Below, in pieces: positions 28,469-40,281 of a stretch of DNA of 64,000 bases. The DNA lies in NCBI GenBank assembly GCA_963816145.1, contig CAWFJP010000014.1:608001-672000 (forward strand), given 5' to 3'. Under the pieces are notes generated by a model. It was not told the DNA's origin, did no database searches, and saw only the letters and a program-made list of their open reading frames with translations. The translations under genes were made by a program, and so were the position numbers. Numbering within the stretch: the stretch's first letter is position 1; each line of letters starts with the position of its first letter. Origin of the DNA: an uncultured delta proteobacterium (GTDB lineage: Bacteria > Desulfobacterota > Binatia > UBA9968).

Positions 28469-31162
28469 ATGGCACAGAAGTATGTAGACAGTTTCGGCAC
28501 GCGTAAGGTCTTGGCCGTCGACGGCGAGAGCTACGATATCTTTCGCTTGGATCAGTTGGAAAAAGCCGGATTCAAGAACGTCTCGCGTTTGCCAGTGTCG
28601 CTTAAGGTTTTATTGGAAAACTTGCTCAGGCAAGAAGACAACCATCACGTCAACAAGGCTGACATCGAGGCGCTGGCCAATTGGAATGCCAAAGTAAAAT
28701 CGGGAAAAGAAATTGCCTTCATGCCGGCGCGAGTGTTGATGCAAGACCTGACCGGCGTGCCCGCAGTCGTCGATTTGGCGGCCATGCGCGAGGCGATGAA
28801 GCGGCTTGGCGGCGATCCGAAAAAGATCAATCCGCTGGCCCCCGTCGATTTGGTCATCGACCATTCGGTTCAGGTCGATTATTTCGGCACGGCGGATGCA
28901 TTCCAGAAAAACTCTGAAATCGAATTCGAGCGCAACGTCGAGCGCTATGCGTTTCTGCGCTGGGGCCAGATGGCCTTCGATAATTTCCGGCTGATTCCAC
29001 CCGATGTGGGTATCTGCCATCAGGTGAATCTCGAATACTTGGCGCCGGTGGTTTTTCGCGCCAAGAAAGACGGCGCTCATTTCGCCTATCCCGACACGGT
29101 GGTCGGGACTGACTCTCATACTCCGATGATCAATGGCCTGGGTGTCGTCGGCTGGGGCGTCGGCGGTATCGAGGCTGAGGCAGCACTACTCGGCCAGCCG
29201 ATCATCATGCTGATTCCCGAAGTCATCGGTTTCAAACTGCACGGCAAACTGCCCGCCGGGGCGACGGCGACGGATTTGGTCCTGACCGTCGTGCAAATGC
29301 TGCGCAAAAAGGGCGTAGTCGAGAAGTTCGTCGAGTTCTACGGGTCGGGGTTGTCGAGCTTGAGCCTCGCTGACCGCGCGACCATCGGCAACATGGGGCC
29401 GGAGTACGGCGCCACCGTCGGCTATTTTCCCATCGACGATGAGACGCTGCGCTACATGACGCTTACCGCGCGCGATCCGCATCTGATAAAATTAGTCGAG
29501 AGCTACGCCAAAGAGCAGGGCATGTTTCGCACCGACGCTTCGCCCGATCCGATGTTTACCGACACGCTCGAATTGGATCTCGCCTCGGTGGTGCCGAGCA
29601 TCTCCGGTCCGCGCCGGCCGCAAGACCGCATTGCGCTGACCGATAGCAAGAAGGCGTTTGCCGAAGCTTTGCCGTCGTTGATGAAGACCAAGGATGCGGC
29701 CAAGACCGTGGCGGTGCAGTTGAACGGAGATAAGTTCAATCTCAAGCATGGCTCGGTGGTGATCTCAGCGATCACCAGCTGCACCAACACGTCCAATCCG
29801 TCGGTATTGATCGGCGCCGGTCTCTTGGCCAAAAAAGCCGGCGAGAAAGGGCTCACGCGCAAGCCCTGGGTGAAAACCAGCTTGGCGCCGGGCTCGCGCG
29901 TGGTTACCGAGTATTTAAAGGACAGCGGCTTGTTGCCGCATTTGGAAAAGATCGGTTTCAACGTTGTCGGCTATGGTTGCACGACTTGTATCGGCAACAG
30001 CGGGCCGTTGCCCGAGGCAGTGGCCAACGGCATTCAAGAGGGCGATCTCGTCGCTGCGGCGGTCTTGTCGGGCAACCGCAACTTCGAGGGCCGCATTCAT
30101 GCCAGCGTGCGGGCGAATTATCTGGCGTCGCCGCCTCTGGTGGTCGCTTACGCTCTGGCCGGCAGCATGGATGTCGATCTCTATAACGATCCGCTGGGCA
30201 ACGATTCTACCGGCAAACCGGTCTATTTGAAGGACATCTGGCCGACGCCGCAGGAGGTTCAAGAAGTGATGAATAAATCGGTGCGCCAGGAAATGTTCAA
30301 AAAGGAATACAGCCAGGCCGCCGAGGGGGATGCGCGCTGGAAGGGCATGCCGGTGCCGCAGGGCGAACTGTTCCAGTGGGACATGCAGTCAACCTACGTG
30401 CGCGAAGCGCCATACTTCGACGGCATGGGCAAGACACCAAACCCGATCAAATCGATTACCGGTGCGCGGGCGTTGGCATTGCTCGGCGATTCGGTCACCA
30501 CCGATCATATTTCGCCGGCCGGTTCCATCGAGAAAAACGGTCCGGCGGCACGTTATCTCACCAACAACGACGTATTGCCCAAGGATTACAATCAGTACGG
30601 CGCGCGGCGCGGCAATCATGAAGTGATGATGCGCGGCACTTTTGCAAACATTCGTTTGAAAAATACCTTGGCGCCAGGCACCGAAGGCGGCGTGACGGTG
30701 CACCTGCCGGACAAGAAGCCGATGTCGATTTATGACGCGGCGATGCAGTATCAAAAGGAAGGCACGCCGCTGATCGTCATCGCCGGAAAGGAATACGGTT
30801 CCGGCTCGTCGCGCGACTGGGCCGCCAAGGGACCGCGTCTGCTCGGTATTCGCGCCGCCATCGCGGAGAGCTACGAACGGATTCATCGCAGCAATCTGAT
30901 CGGCATGGGCATCGTGCCTTTGGTGTTCAAGCCGGGAGAAAATCTTGCAAGCCTTGGACTCACCGGCTTCGAAAAATTCGATATTCTTGGCATCGGCCCT
31001 GACTTGAAGCTGCGCCAGGAGCTGACGGTCAAAGCGACGGCGGACGACGGCAAGACGACCGAATTCAAAGTCATCTGCCGCATCGATACGCCGGCGGAAC
31101 TGGACTATTACCGGCATGGCGGCATTTTAGAGTACGTGTTGCGGCAGTTGCTGGCGAACTAG
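28469..31162 (+). CDS. acnA: Aconitate hydratase A
   Basis: [47 protein letters not shown]. Confidence 0.97.
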   Translation: MAQKYVDSFGTRKVLAVDGESYDIFRLDQLEKAGFKNVSRLPVSLKVLLENLLRQEDNHHVNKADIEALANWNAKVKSGKEIAFMPARVLMQDLTGVPAVVDLAAMREAMKRLGGDPKKINPLAPVDLVIDHSVQVDYFGTADAFQKNSEIEFERNVERYAFLRWGQMAFDNFRLIPPDVGICHQVNLEYLAPVVFRAKKDGAHFAYPDTVVGTDSHTPMINGLGVVGWGVGGIEAEAALLGQPIIMLIPEVIGFKLHGKLPAGATATDLVLTVVQMLRKKGVVEKFVEFYGSGLSSLSLADRATIGNMGPEYGATVGYFPIDDETLRYMTLTARDPHLIKLVESYAKEQGMFRTDASPDPMFTDTLELDLASVVPSISGPRRPQDRIALTDSKKAFAEALPSLMKTKDAAKTVAVQLNGDKFNLKHGSVVISAITSCTNTSNPSVLIGAGLLAKKAGEKGLTRKPWVKTSLAPGSRVVTEYLKDSGLLPHLEKIGFNVVGYGCTTCIGNSGPLPEAVANGIQEGDLVAAAVLSGNRNFEGRIHASVRANYLASPPLVVAYALAGSMDVDLYNDPLGNDSTGKPVYLKDIWPTPQEVQEVMNKSVRQEMFKKEYSQAAEGDARWKGMPVPQGELFQWDMQSTYVREAPYFDGMGKTPNPIKSITGARALALLGDSVTTDHISPAGSIEKNGPAARYLTNNDVLPKDYNQYGARRGNHEVMMRGTFANIRLKNTLAPGTEGGVTVHLPDKKPMSIYDAAMQYQKEGTPLIVIAGKEYGSGSSRDWAAKGPRLLGIRAAIAESYERIHRSNLIGMGIVPLVFKPGENLASLGLTGFEKFDILGIGPDLKLRQELTVKATADDGKTTEFKVICRIDTPAELDYYRHGGILEYVLRQLLAN

Positions 31163-31370
31163 CGAAAGGATGAAGGACGAAGGCGGAAGGAATGAAGTAA
31201 GGATCGAACCCGAAATTTATGCGCTCGTCCTTCGTGAAAACTTTATTTCGAATTGGACAATCTTGTGACTACGACGAGAAGCGCTAGCGATATTAGGAAA
31301 AACTTCGCTGGCGTTTTTTTTTGCCCAATCGTTCTTGCGTAACGGCGCCAGCGCCGCGGAAGGAAAACCC

Positions 31371-32180
31371 ATGACAACGCCGGATTTCATCGGCAAATAT
31401 ACCGCGAACAACCCCGGCATCATGACGCTGCAGGGGACCAATCAGTACATTGTCGGTAAAGAGTCGGGGCTGGTCATCGATGTCGCGCTCAGCGCCGACT
31501 CCAATATGGACGGGATCATTGAGCAGGCAGAGGCGATGGGTGTGAAAAAAATCGCCAAGATTTTACTGACCCATATTCACAGCGATCACACCGGCGGCGC
31601 CCTGGCGCTGCGCAAACGCTGCGGCGCCAAACTCGGCATTCACCGCTCGCGCAAGGGGTATCTGGGCGGCGAAGATTTTCAGTACGACGACAACGACCGG
31701 ATCGATTTCGGCGGCGGCGAATTGCACGTTTTGCACACACCGGGCCATGAGTCGGGCCATTGTTGCTTCTACGAAGGCGGCGACAAGGTGTTGTTCAGCG
31801 GCGATAACATTCTCGGTTATGGCACGGCGGTGATCCATCCGCCGGACGGCAATATGAGCGATTACATGAAAACGCTCGAGCGTCTGCTCGGTTTCGAAAT
31901 GAGTTTGATCCTGCCGGGCCACGGCCCGCTGATCGGCAAACCGGAAGCCAAGGTGCGCGAGTATATCAAGCACCGGCTCGAGCGCGAGCAGCAGGTGCTC
32001 GCGGCGTTGCGCGCCAACCGCAACAGTATCGGCGATATCACCGATGCGATCTATGTCGATGTCTCGGCGGCGCTCAAGCGAGTCGCTGAGTTCTCCGTAC
32101 AGGCGCACCTGGAAAAGCTCGAACGGGAAGGCAAGGTCAAAAAAGAAGCCGGCCGTTATTTCTTGCTCAGCGATAATTGA
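31371..32180 (+). CDS. MBL-fold metallo-hydrolase with C-terminal winged helix (LACTB2-like)
   Basis: THIHSDHTGG, HTPGH, FSGD, PGHG, YIKHRLERE. Confidence 0.9.
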   Translation: MTTPDFIGKYTANNPGIMTLQGTNQYIVGKESGLVIDVALSADSNMDGIIEQAEAMGVKKIAKILLTHIHSDHTGGALALRKRCGAKLGIHRSRKGYLGGEDFQYDDNDRIDFGGGELHVLHTPGHESGHCCFYEGGDKVLFSGDNILGYGTAVIHPPDGNMSDYMKTLERLLGFEMSLILPGHGPLIGKPEAKVREYIKHRLEREQQVLAALRANRNSIGDITDAIYVDVSAALKRVAEFSVQAHLEKLEREGKVKKEAGRYFLLSDN

Positions 32181-33550
32181 ACCGGGCCACGCGCGAAGTC
32201 GAAACGCAGTACCTCTGGCTCGGCTTCAACTACCAAATCTTTCCATGCTGCCTCGGCGGTGGCGGCCAGCCGGGCGGGGCTAGCGACAAGATAAAGCACG
32301 ATGTTGTCTTTGCGCCCGAGGACGAAGCTACCGCGGTCGCGGGTAGTGGCGATTAACATCGCGTCGTCTTCCCCGACGTTCCGGCGCAATCGCATGCCTT
32401 GGCGCATTTCCGCAACGGTTTGAAAGGCGCGCTGAAACGCTGTGGCTTCGGCGGTGGAACCCCAAGCGCTGTACCAAGCGGTGGTTTGAAAACCGTTGTC
32501 GGCGAATGAAAACAGCTGGTCGCCGCGCCAACCGGCGGCAATGTGACTTGATGCCGCCAAGGAATTCTCCGTCTCCAGCAGGCCGCGCAGCAAATATTCT
32601 CCTACAGACTGCTCGAAGCGCGCCGGCATGTCCAAGTGCCGGAACAGGCCGGCGGGGAAAAATCTCTGCGGGGTTTGCACTGTCAGATAATACCGTTCCG
32701 GGTGCAGGATCTGCGCCGTCGCGTAGGGCGGGTTGGCGTAGAGAGCGTTCAAACCATCCCGGCCTTTGGCTTTGGCTGCCCAGGCGACGAAGTCGGTGCC
32801 TTCACGTGGGGAAAGGATCAATTGGCTGCGTAGGAATGGCGGCAGGTCGCGCGCCAGTATTGCCATTTGCAATGATACCTGCCGCGCCGCAGCGAGATGG
32901 CCGGGAGCGGCGAGATTGCCATCACTGACATGGGCCAGAGCTGTGAGCAGGGCGTCGCCGCCGGCGATCGCGCGATAGGCTAACCGGGCGTCTTCAACAA
33001 CGGTTCGGTTGATTTTTTCTTGCCACTGGAAGTGCTGCTCTTGCAACGCGTGGACGATCCCCACAGTGATCGGTAGCTCCGCTACGGCGCGAGTGTATGG
33101 CGCGGCGAGTTGTGCGCCCATCGTTGCGGCATCGGCTGTTATCAGGAGCCGGTCAGTTGCGCTGTCGTAGTAGATCAGGCGTTCCAGCCGATGATATTTT
33201 TCCAGCGCGATTTTGAAATCGTCGCTGGCGTTGAGCAAGCCCAGTTGTTTGTAGGCGTGCTCCAACTGGGCGATTGGCATAGAGTCGACGGTTCCGGCGT
33301 CATCAGCGCTTGGGGCCAATGGCAATTTGTCCACCGATTGCGATTCGATTCCGAAGTCGTGTTTTGCGGCGAGTCCGCGGAGATCTGCGACGCTTTTTTT
33401 GATTTCGCTGAAGCGCTCCTTCGACGGAGTGGGGAGAGTTATTAAACCGGGCGAAACACACGCGACCAGAGCGGCGAAACTCAACAGCCCAATCAGTTGA
33501 AGCGTTTTGTCGGTGCGGCGCGGCGAAATGCGGGAACCGGTGTCATTCAC
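32156..33550 (-). CDS. Putative lipoprotein with a degenerate zincin-like domain
   Basis: Lipobox LVAC; GIVHALQEQHF...AIAGGDA...QILHPERY...GWRGD. Expected family pattern is HE..HALQDQHF...EGDA. Confidence 0.6.
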   Translation of the reverse strand: MNDTGSRISPRRTDKTLQLIGLLSFAALVACVSPGLITLPTPSKERFSEIKKSVADLRGLAAKHDFGIESQSVDKLPLAPSADDAGTVDSMPIAQLEHAYKQLGLLNASDDFKIALEKYHRLERLIYYDSATDRLLITADAATMGAQLAAPYTRAVAELPITVGIVHALQEQHFQWQEKINRTVVEDARLAYRAIAGGDALLTALAHVSDGNLAAPGHLAAARQVSLQMAILARDLPPFLRSQLILSPREGTDFVAWAAKAKGRDGLNALYANPPYATAQILHPERYYLTVQTPQRFFPAGLFRHLDMPARFEQSVGEYLLRGLLETENSLAASSHIAAGWRGDQLFSFADNGFQTTAWYSAWGSTAEATAFQRAFQTVAEMRQGMRLRRNVGEDDAMLIATTRDRGSFVLGRKDNIVLYLVASPARLAATAEAAWKDLVVEAEPEVLRFDFARGPVQLSLSKK

Positions 33551-34210
33551 CTATTTCTCCATGATGATCACCGAGTAGCCGGCTTGGCTGATCTGTTTGG
33601 CCATCTCTTCGGCGGCGGTACGGTTGGAGAAGTTACCGAGGTGAACGCGGTAGTAGGTGGTGTCTTTCGATTGCAACGGCGTGATCATGACGCTGTCGAA
33701 ACTCTTGACGATGCGGTCGCGCAATTGCTGGGCATTTTCCAATTGTGAAAAAGATCCAAGTTGGAGCGTGTAATCGAGCCCCGGACGGATCGCGCGCAGT
33801 GGCACGGGACTGTCGAGCACGTCGACGCGAACTAAGGCGGTACCAGGTCCGACCATGTCGATGGATTGGGCGGCGGCGTAGGAAAGGTCGATGATCCGCC
33901 CTTTAGCGAACGGACCGCGGTCGTTGACCAAGACTTCGGCGGCGCGGCCGTTTTCCATGTTGGTCACCATCACCTTGCTACCCAGCGGCAGCGTCTGATG
34001 CGCCGCGGTCATGTCGTTTTGATTGTAGACATCGCCGCTGGCGGTGGCCTTACCGTGAAACCCTGGGCCGTACCACGAGGCGATGCCGGTTTGGCTGACG
34101 CGTGAATCGGCAGCCGGCGGTTGTGGAACGCGAACCCGGCTCGGCGGTACGGAGCACGCGCTGACTAGAGCAACGGCAAATAAGAATAAATTGCGGCGGG
34201 TCAAGATCAT
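33551..34210 (-). CDS. rlpA: Septal ring lytic transglycosylase RlpA with SPOR domain
   Basis: Lipobox VSAC, GIASWYG, TAAHQTLP, VNDRGPF, IIDLSYAAA, LQLGSFS. Confidence 0.93.
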   Translation of the reverse strand: MILTRRNLFLFAVALVSACSVPPSRVRVPQPPAADSRVSQTGIASWYGPGFHGKATASGDVYNQNDMTAAHQTLPLGSKVMVTNMENGRAAEVLVNDRGPFAKGRIIDLSYAAAQSIDMVGPGTALVRVDVLDSPVPLRAIRPGLDYTLQLGSFSQLENAQQLRDRIVKSFDSVMITPLQSKDTTYYRVHLGNFSNRTAAEEMAKQISQAGYSVIIMEK

Positions 34211-34371
34211 GGCTGCTTCGGTTGGCGATTATACAGCAAAGCGTATTGGAAAAAAGTGTGGCGGAGCAGAATTAAGCCGTTTTTTGGATTGTTTGCATTT
34301 GCCTCCTCCTGGTTTACCCGCTCTAGGGTTTGTGTTAGCTTACCGGCAACTTACTGGGGAGTGATTGAAGT

Positions 34372-35118
34372 ATGTCCGGCCATTCAAAGTGGAGCACGAT
34401 CAAGCACAAGAAAGCCGCTAAGGACGCCAAGCGTGGCAAGATTTTCACCAAGTTGATTAAGGAAATCACCGTCGCGGCGCGCATGGGCGGCGGCGATATC
34501 AATGCCAATCCGCGACTGCGCACGGCGGTTCTGACCGCCCGCAGCAACAGCATGCCGAGTGAAAACATCGACCGGGCGATCAAAAAAGGCACCGGTGAAT
34601 TGGAAGGCGTAACCTACGAGGAGATTCAGTACGAAGGTTACGGTCCGGGCGGCGTGGCGATCATCGCGCAGGTGCTGACCGACAACAAAAATCGCACGGT
34701 GTCGGAGATCCGCCGGATGTTTGCCAAGCATGGCGGTAATATGGGTGAGACCGGCTGCGTCGGCTGGATGTTCGACAAGAAGGGCATTCTCACCGTCGAC
34801 AAATCTCAGGTAGACGAGGACCGCTTGATGGATATCGCGCTCGATGCCGGCGCCGAAGATGTCCGGGACGAGGGGGAGGTCTTTGAAGTGGTGACCCAGC
34901 CCGAGGACTTTGAAAAAGTCAAAGAACGGCTGGATCAGGAAAAAATCGCCATCGCCAGCGGCCAGGTCAGTCTGGTGCCGAAAAACACCGTCGATGTCGA
35001 CGCTAAAAATGTCGAGCAAGTATTGAAGCTCAGCGAAGAGCTTGAAGATCATGACGACGTGCAGAATGTCGCGGCCAATTTCAATATCCCCGATGAACTG
35101 ATGGACAAGGCGAATTAG
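34372..35118 (+). CDS. yebC: YebC/PmpR family protein
   Basis: [39 protein letters not shown]. Confidence 0.97.
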   Translation: MSGHSKWSTIKHKKAAKDAKRGKIFTKLIKEITVAARMGGGDINANPRLRTAVLTARSNSMPSENIDRAIKKGTGELEGVTYEEIQYEGYGPGGVAIIAQVLTDNKNRTVSEIRRMFAKHGGNMGETGCVGWMFDKKGILTVDKSQVDEDRLMDIALDAGAEDVRDEGEVFEVVTQPEDFEKVKERLDQEKIAIASGQVSLVPKNTVDVDAKNVEQVLKLSEELEDHDDVQNVAANFNIPDELMDKAN

Positions 35119-35123
35119 CCCCT

Positions 35124-35693
35124 GTGGCGGACCCTGGCAACAAAGCGCTGCCGCGAATCATCCTGGGCATCGATCCAGGAACCATGGCGACCGGCTGGGG
35201 GGTCGTTCAAGTCATCGGTAACGCGCTGCGCCATATGGGCCATGGCACAATCCATTCTTCAAGCGCCGAGCCCCAAGCGCGCCGCCTGTGCCGGATCTAC
35301 ACCGAACTGTCGAAAGTTGTAAAAGAGTTTCAGCCGGATGGCGTCAGCCTGGAAAAAGTCTTCTTCGCACAGAATGTTCAAAGCGCGCTCAAGCTCGGCC
35401 AGGCGCGCGGCGTCGCGCTGCTCGCGGCCGCTGAACAAGCTGTCGAAGTTCACGAATATAGCGCGGTAGAAATCAAGTCGGCGGTGGTGGGCTACGGCCA
35501 TGCGACCAAGCAGCAAGTGCAAATGATGATCGGATCGTTATTGAAAGTTTCCGGGCCGGTGCCGGCGGATGCTGCGGACGCGCTGGCGGCGGCGATCTGC
35601 CATCTCAACCGACAGGCGTTCGCCAGCCGGGTTGCCGAGGCGATGCCCAAAGCTCCGACTCCGATTCGGCCGCGCGGCAGCGGCGGGCGTTGA
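35124..35693 (+). CDS. ruvC: Holliday junction resolvase
   Basis: ILGIDPG, E..FF, LGQARG, VGYGHATK, DAADALA.A.CH. Confidence 0.95.
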   Translation: MADPGNKALPRIILGIDPGTMATGWGVVQVIGNALRHMGHGTIHSSSAEPQARRLCRIYTELSKVVKEFQPDGVSLEKVFFAQNVQSALKLGQARGVALLAAAEQAVEVHEYSAVEIKSAVVGYGHATKQQVQMMIGSLLKVSGPVPADAADALAAAICHLNRQAFASRVAEAMPKAPTPIRPRGSGGR

Positions 35694-35746
35694 GCGGCCG
35701 ATGCAAGTATTATTGATGCCCCGCTCGGGGACGATTGAAATCTTCC

Positions 35747-35935
35747 GCCCCTTCGCTATGACTCGGGCATCGCTTCAGACGAAAAGTGGATTCGTCATGC
35801 CGGCGAACGCCGGCATCCATCTTGATTCTCATCACGTGACAAAAACGAGCATGGATTCCGGCTTGCGCCGGAATGACGGGTCAAAACTCTCACTTCAAGT
35901 CGGCGCCGGCCCAATCCCGCGACTTCGAGCCGAGG
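35747..35935. repeat. MITE-like block with an internal GTCATGCCGGC...CCGGAATGAC palindrome between ruvC and ruvA
   Basis: CGTCATGCCGGCGAACGCCGGCATCCA...TGGATTCCGGCTTGCGCCGGAATGACG; imperfect outer IR. Confidence 0.65.
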
Positions 35936-35963
35936 GTTGGTTAACTCGGTTGCAGGGCTCGAC

Positions 35964-36560
35964 GTGATCGCACAAATCAGCGGCAAGCTCGCGCAAAAAC
36001 AGCCCGGCGAAGTGGTCATCGACGTCGGCGGCGTCGGCTATCTGGTTCTGATACCGCTCAATGTTTTTTACCATTTGCCGGACATCGGCGCGCCGATGAG
36101 TTTGCAGATTCACACTCATGTGCGCGAGGACGCATTGCAGCTATTCGGCTTTCATGACCTCGCCGAAAAGCAGGTGTTTTTGTTGCTCATGGGTGTATCC
36201 GGTATCGGTCCCAAGTTGGCGCTCAATATTTTGTCCGGTATCCCGGCGGGAGAATTGGCGCGGGCCTTGAGAAACGGCGACCAGATGCGCTTGGTGTCGA
36301 TTCCCGGCGTCGGCAAGAAGTTGGCCGAGCGGATGATCGTCGAGTTGAAGGACAAGTTCACCAACCTGGCGCCGGTGACCATCGATAGCGCGGCCAAACC
36401 TGAGGCTTCGTCGCAAAAGATGCAGGACGCGGTTTCCGCCTTGATCAATCTAGGGTATAAAAAGCCGGAGATCGAAAAAACCGTCCGCGACGTGCTCAAG
36501 AACGGCGAGCTGTCGCTGGAAGATGTTCTGCGCGAAACCTTGCGGCAAATGGGGCATTAG
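35964..36560 (+). CDS. ruvA: Holliday junction branch migration protein RuvA
   Basis: GTG start; DVGGVGY, VREDALQLFGF, VSGIGPK, IPGVGKKLAER. Confidence 0.95.
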   Translation: MIAQISGKLAQKQPGEVVIDVGGVGYLVLIPLNVFYHLPDIGAPMSLQIHTHVREDALQLFGFHDLAEKQVFLLLMGVSGIGPKLALNILSGIPAGELARALRNGDQMRLVSIPGVGKKLAERMIVELKDKFTNLAPVTIDSAAKPEASSQKMQDAVSALINLGYKKPEIEKTVRDVLKNGELSLEDVLRETLRQMGH

Positions 36561-36680
36561 GCCACAAGAGTTTTGGCCTCAGAGGGCACGGAGATCACAG
36601 CATCCCCCACCTTCATCCTCCCCCGCTTGCGGGGAACGAAAGAGAAGGTGGGGGGGATTAACCGCAAAGGGCGCCAAAAA
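36560..36680. repeat. Mixed REP-like repeat between ruvA and ruvB
   Basis: CCCCCACCTTC..CCTCCCCCGCTTGCGGGGAA..GAAGGTGGGGG plus CGCAAAGGGCGCCAA. Confidence 0.6.
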
Positions 36681-36743
36681 GATTTCCGAAGCGGGCGGGT
36701 TTAAACCTGCCCGCATGGGTTGTAAGAAGATCACACACTGGCC

Positions 36744-37772
<1,029 letters not shown>

Positions 37773-37806
37773 AGCCGTTTGGCGGTATAATTATCGGATG
37801 AGGATC

Positions 37807-38019
37807 ATGGGCGGATTGGGCAAGACGCTAATCTCTTTCGGTATTGTGCTTGTGATCGTCGGAATACTGGTATCGTTGTCCGACAAGTTGCCGTGGCTCG
37901 GCCACCTGCCGGGGGATATCCATATCCAACGAGGACGCTTCAACTTCTATTTTCCGCTGACCACCTGCATTGTCGTCAGTGTGGTAATTTCGCTTGTCGC
38001 TTACTTATTCAAACGTTAG
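37807..38019 (+). CDS. DUF2905 small membrane protein
   Basis: WLGHLPGDI....F.FYFPLTTCI; usual neighbour of ruvB. Confidence 0.85.
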   Translation: MGGLGKTLISFGIVLVIVGILVSLSDKLPWLGHLPGDIHIQRGRFNFYFPLTTCIVVSVVISLVAYLFKR

Positions 38020-38058
38020 AATTCTCGCAGTTGATTCGCCATTAATTCAACCGCGCCG

Positions 38059-40269
38059 ATGGAACCCCAAAAACTAACCCCTAGCCACGAAGCGAGCATC
38101 AAAGCCGAAGAGGCCAAAAGGCGCAAGCGCGAGGGCATCGTCATCGCGGTGGCGGCGCTGATGGTGGCGGCGTTGATCTTCTTCGAAGTACAGTCGCCGG
38201 ACATTTCTCTGGAGAATTCGCTCGGCAGCAACATCATTTTTTTCTTTATTATCAATATCAATATCATTCTGCTGGTGCTGCTGGTGTTTCTGGTGATGCG
38301 CAATCTGGTCAAGCTGGTCTTCGAACGGCGGCGCCGGATGCTCGGCTCGCGCTTGCAGTCGCGCCTGGTCTTAGCTTTCGTCGCCCTGTCGATCGTGCCG
38401 AGTCTGTTACTGTTCGCCATTGCCGGCGGCCTTTTGACCCGTTCCTTCGACCGCTGGTTTGACGCCAAGGTGGAAAGCGCGCTCCAGGGCTCCTTGGAAA
38501 TCGGTCAAACCTATTACCAAAACTCGGCCAACAACGCGATGTTTTTCGCCCGCCGGTTGAGCGAGAAGATCACTGAAGATAAACTCTTCGAGCCGGCGCG
38601 GCGGGTCGATCTGCGCCGGCTGGTCGAGGAAAAACAGCGCGACTATAACCTCGGTACCGTGGAGGTCTACTCAGCGGACGGTACCGCCATTGTTGCGGTG
38701 AGCGACAAGTCGAAGAGCGGCATAGACTTGAAGCCCGACGGGGAATTCTTGGCGCGCGCGTTGCGCGGCGTCGGCGTGACTTGGACCCAGCCGCTGGGCG
38801 AAGGCGATGTGATTCGCGGCGGCGCGCCGATCTTTGGCGCCGAGAAGCGCATCGTCGGCGTCGCGGTGGTCGACTATCATGTGCCCAAGAGTTTGACCAA
38901 CCGGGCGAAGCAAATTTCGGAATCCTACGAGCAATACAAGTACTTAACCTTTCTTAAGGCGCCGGTTAAGAACAGCTACATCTTGACGCTGTTTCTGATC
39001 ACTCTGGTAATCATGTTTTCCGCGACCTGGTGGGGTTTTTATCTTTCCAAGGGCATTACCGTGCCAATCCAAAAACTCGCCGAGGGGACTCATGAGGTCG
39101 CCCAGGGCAATTGGGACTATAAAATTGAAACCAGCGGCGACGATGAGATCGGTGTCTTGGTCCAGTCGTTCAATCAGATGACGGGCGACTTAAAGCAAAT
39201 AACCCTGGAGCTCGAACGGCGCGGCAAGGTGGTCCAAACCTTACTCGCCAATATCGCCGCGGGCGTGGTTTCGGTGGATCCGGCGGAAAAGATAACTACG
39301 TGGAATAAGGCCGCCGAACAGATGCTCGGGGTCAAATCCGAGCAGGCGTTGGCGAAGAATTACCGCGAGGTCTTGCAGCCGGAACACTTGCGCGTGGTCG
39401 CCGAGATCATCGATAGCGTCAAGGATCGGGAAAAGATCGAGCGTGAGATCAAGATCCCGCAGCATGAGCAGCTACTGACGGCGGTGGTGACGGCGGCGAC
39501 CCTGCGCGACGACGACGGCTCGGCGCTGGGAGTCATGGTTTTTCTCGAAGACATTACGCAAATCCAAAAAGTGCAGCGCATGGAGGCCTGGCGCGAAGTG
39601 GCGCGGCGCATAGCCCATGAGATCAAGAATCCCCTGACGCCGATCCAGCTATCGGCCGAGCGGCTGCGCAAACGCTACGCCAGTATGCTCGGCGGCGACG
39701 GCGGCATCTTGGACAAATGCACGACGACGATCATACAGCAGGTCGAAGAACTCAAGAGCCTGGTCAACGAGTTCTCCCAGTTCGCCCGGCTACCGTCAGC
39801 GAAGCTGGCAACTCAGGACCTCAATGAAATCGTCAATGAAGCGCTTTTTCTTTTCAATGAGGCACACAAAGGTATACAATTTCGTTTCCAGCCCGGAGTG
39901 ATTCCGACGTTGGATTTGGACCGCGATCAGATCAAGCGGGTGCTGATCAATCTGCTCGACAACGCTGTGGCGGCGGTGCAAAATGATGGCGAGATCAGGC
40001 TCTCGACGCATTACAATCGGGGGCGCGGCGTGGTGACGTTGGATGTCGCCGATAACGGCAGCGGTTTGGCGCCGGAGATGCGCACGAAAATATTCGAACC
40101 GTATTTTTCGACCAAGGAAAACGGCACCGGCTTGGGGCTGACCATCGTCAGTCAAATCATCGAGGATCATCGCGGCTATATCCGGGCGTTGCCCAACGAG
40201 CCCAAGGGGACGCGGTTTAGCATTGAATTTCCCGCTTCAGAGGTTGCCAAACGAGCGGCGCATTCGTAA
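38059..40269 (+). CDS. NtrY-type membrane sensor histidine kinase (TM, periplasmic, HAMP, PAS, HisKA, HATPase)
   Basis: AWREVARRIAHEIKNPLTPIQLSAER H-box, NLLDNA, DNGSG, FEPYFSTK..GTGLGL, HAMP DDEIGVLVQSFNQM. Confidence 0.93.
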   Translation: MEPQKLTPSHEASIKAEEAKRRKREGIVIAVAALMVAALIFFEVQSPDISLENSLGSNIIFFFIININIILLVLLVFLVMRNLVKLVFERRRRMLGSRLQSRLVLAFVALSIVPSLLLFAIAGGLLTRSFDRWFDAKVESALQGSLEIGQTYYQNSANNAMFFARRLSEKITEDKLFEPARRVDLRRLVEEKQRDYNLGTVEVYSADGTAIVAVSDKSKSGIDLKPDGEFLARALRGVGVTWTQPLGEGDVIRGGAPIFGAEKRIVGVAVVDYHVPKSLTNRAKQISESYEQYKYLTFLKAPVKNSYILTLFLITLVIMFSATWWGFYLSKGITVPIQKLAEGTHEVAQGNWDYKIETSGDDEIGVLVQSFNQMTGDLKQITLELERRGKVVQTLLANIAAGVVSVDPAEKITTWNKAAEQMLGVKSEQALAKNYREVLQPEHLRVVAEIIDSVKDREKIEREIKIPQHEQLLTAVVTAATLRDDDGSALGVMVFLEDITQIQKVQRMEAWREVARRIAHEIKNPLTPIQLSAERLRKRYASMLGGDGGILDKCTTTIIQQVEELKSLVNEFSQFARLPSAKLATQDLNEIVNEALFLFNEAHKGIQFRFQPGVIPTLDLDRDQIKRVLINLLDNAVAAVQNDGEIRLSTHYNRGRGVVTLDVADNGSGLAPEMRTKIFEPYFSTKENGTGLGLTIVSQIIEDHRGYIRALPNEPKGTRFSIEFPASEVAKRAAHS

Positions 40270-40281
40270 CTTGGAGGTCGG

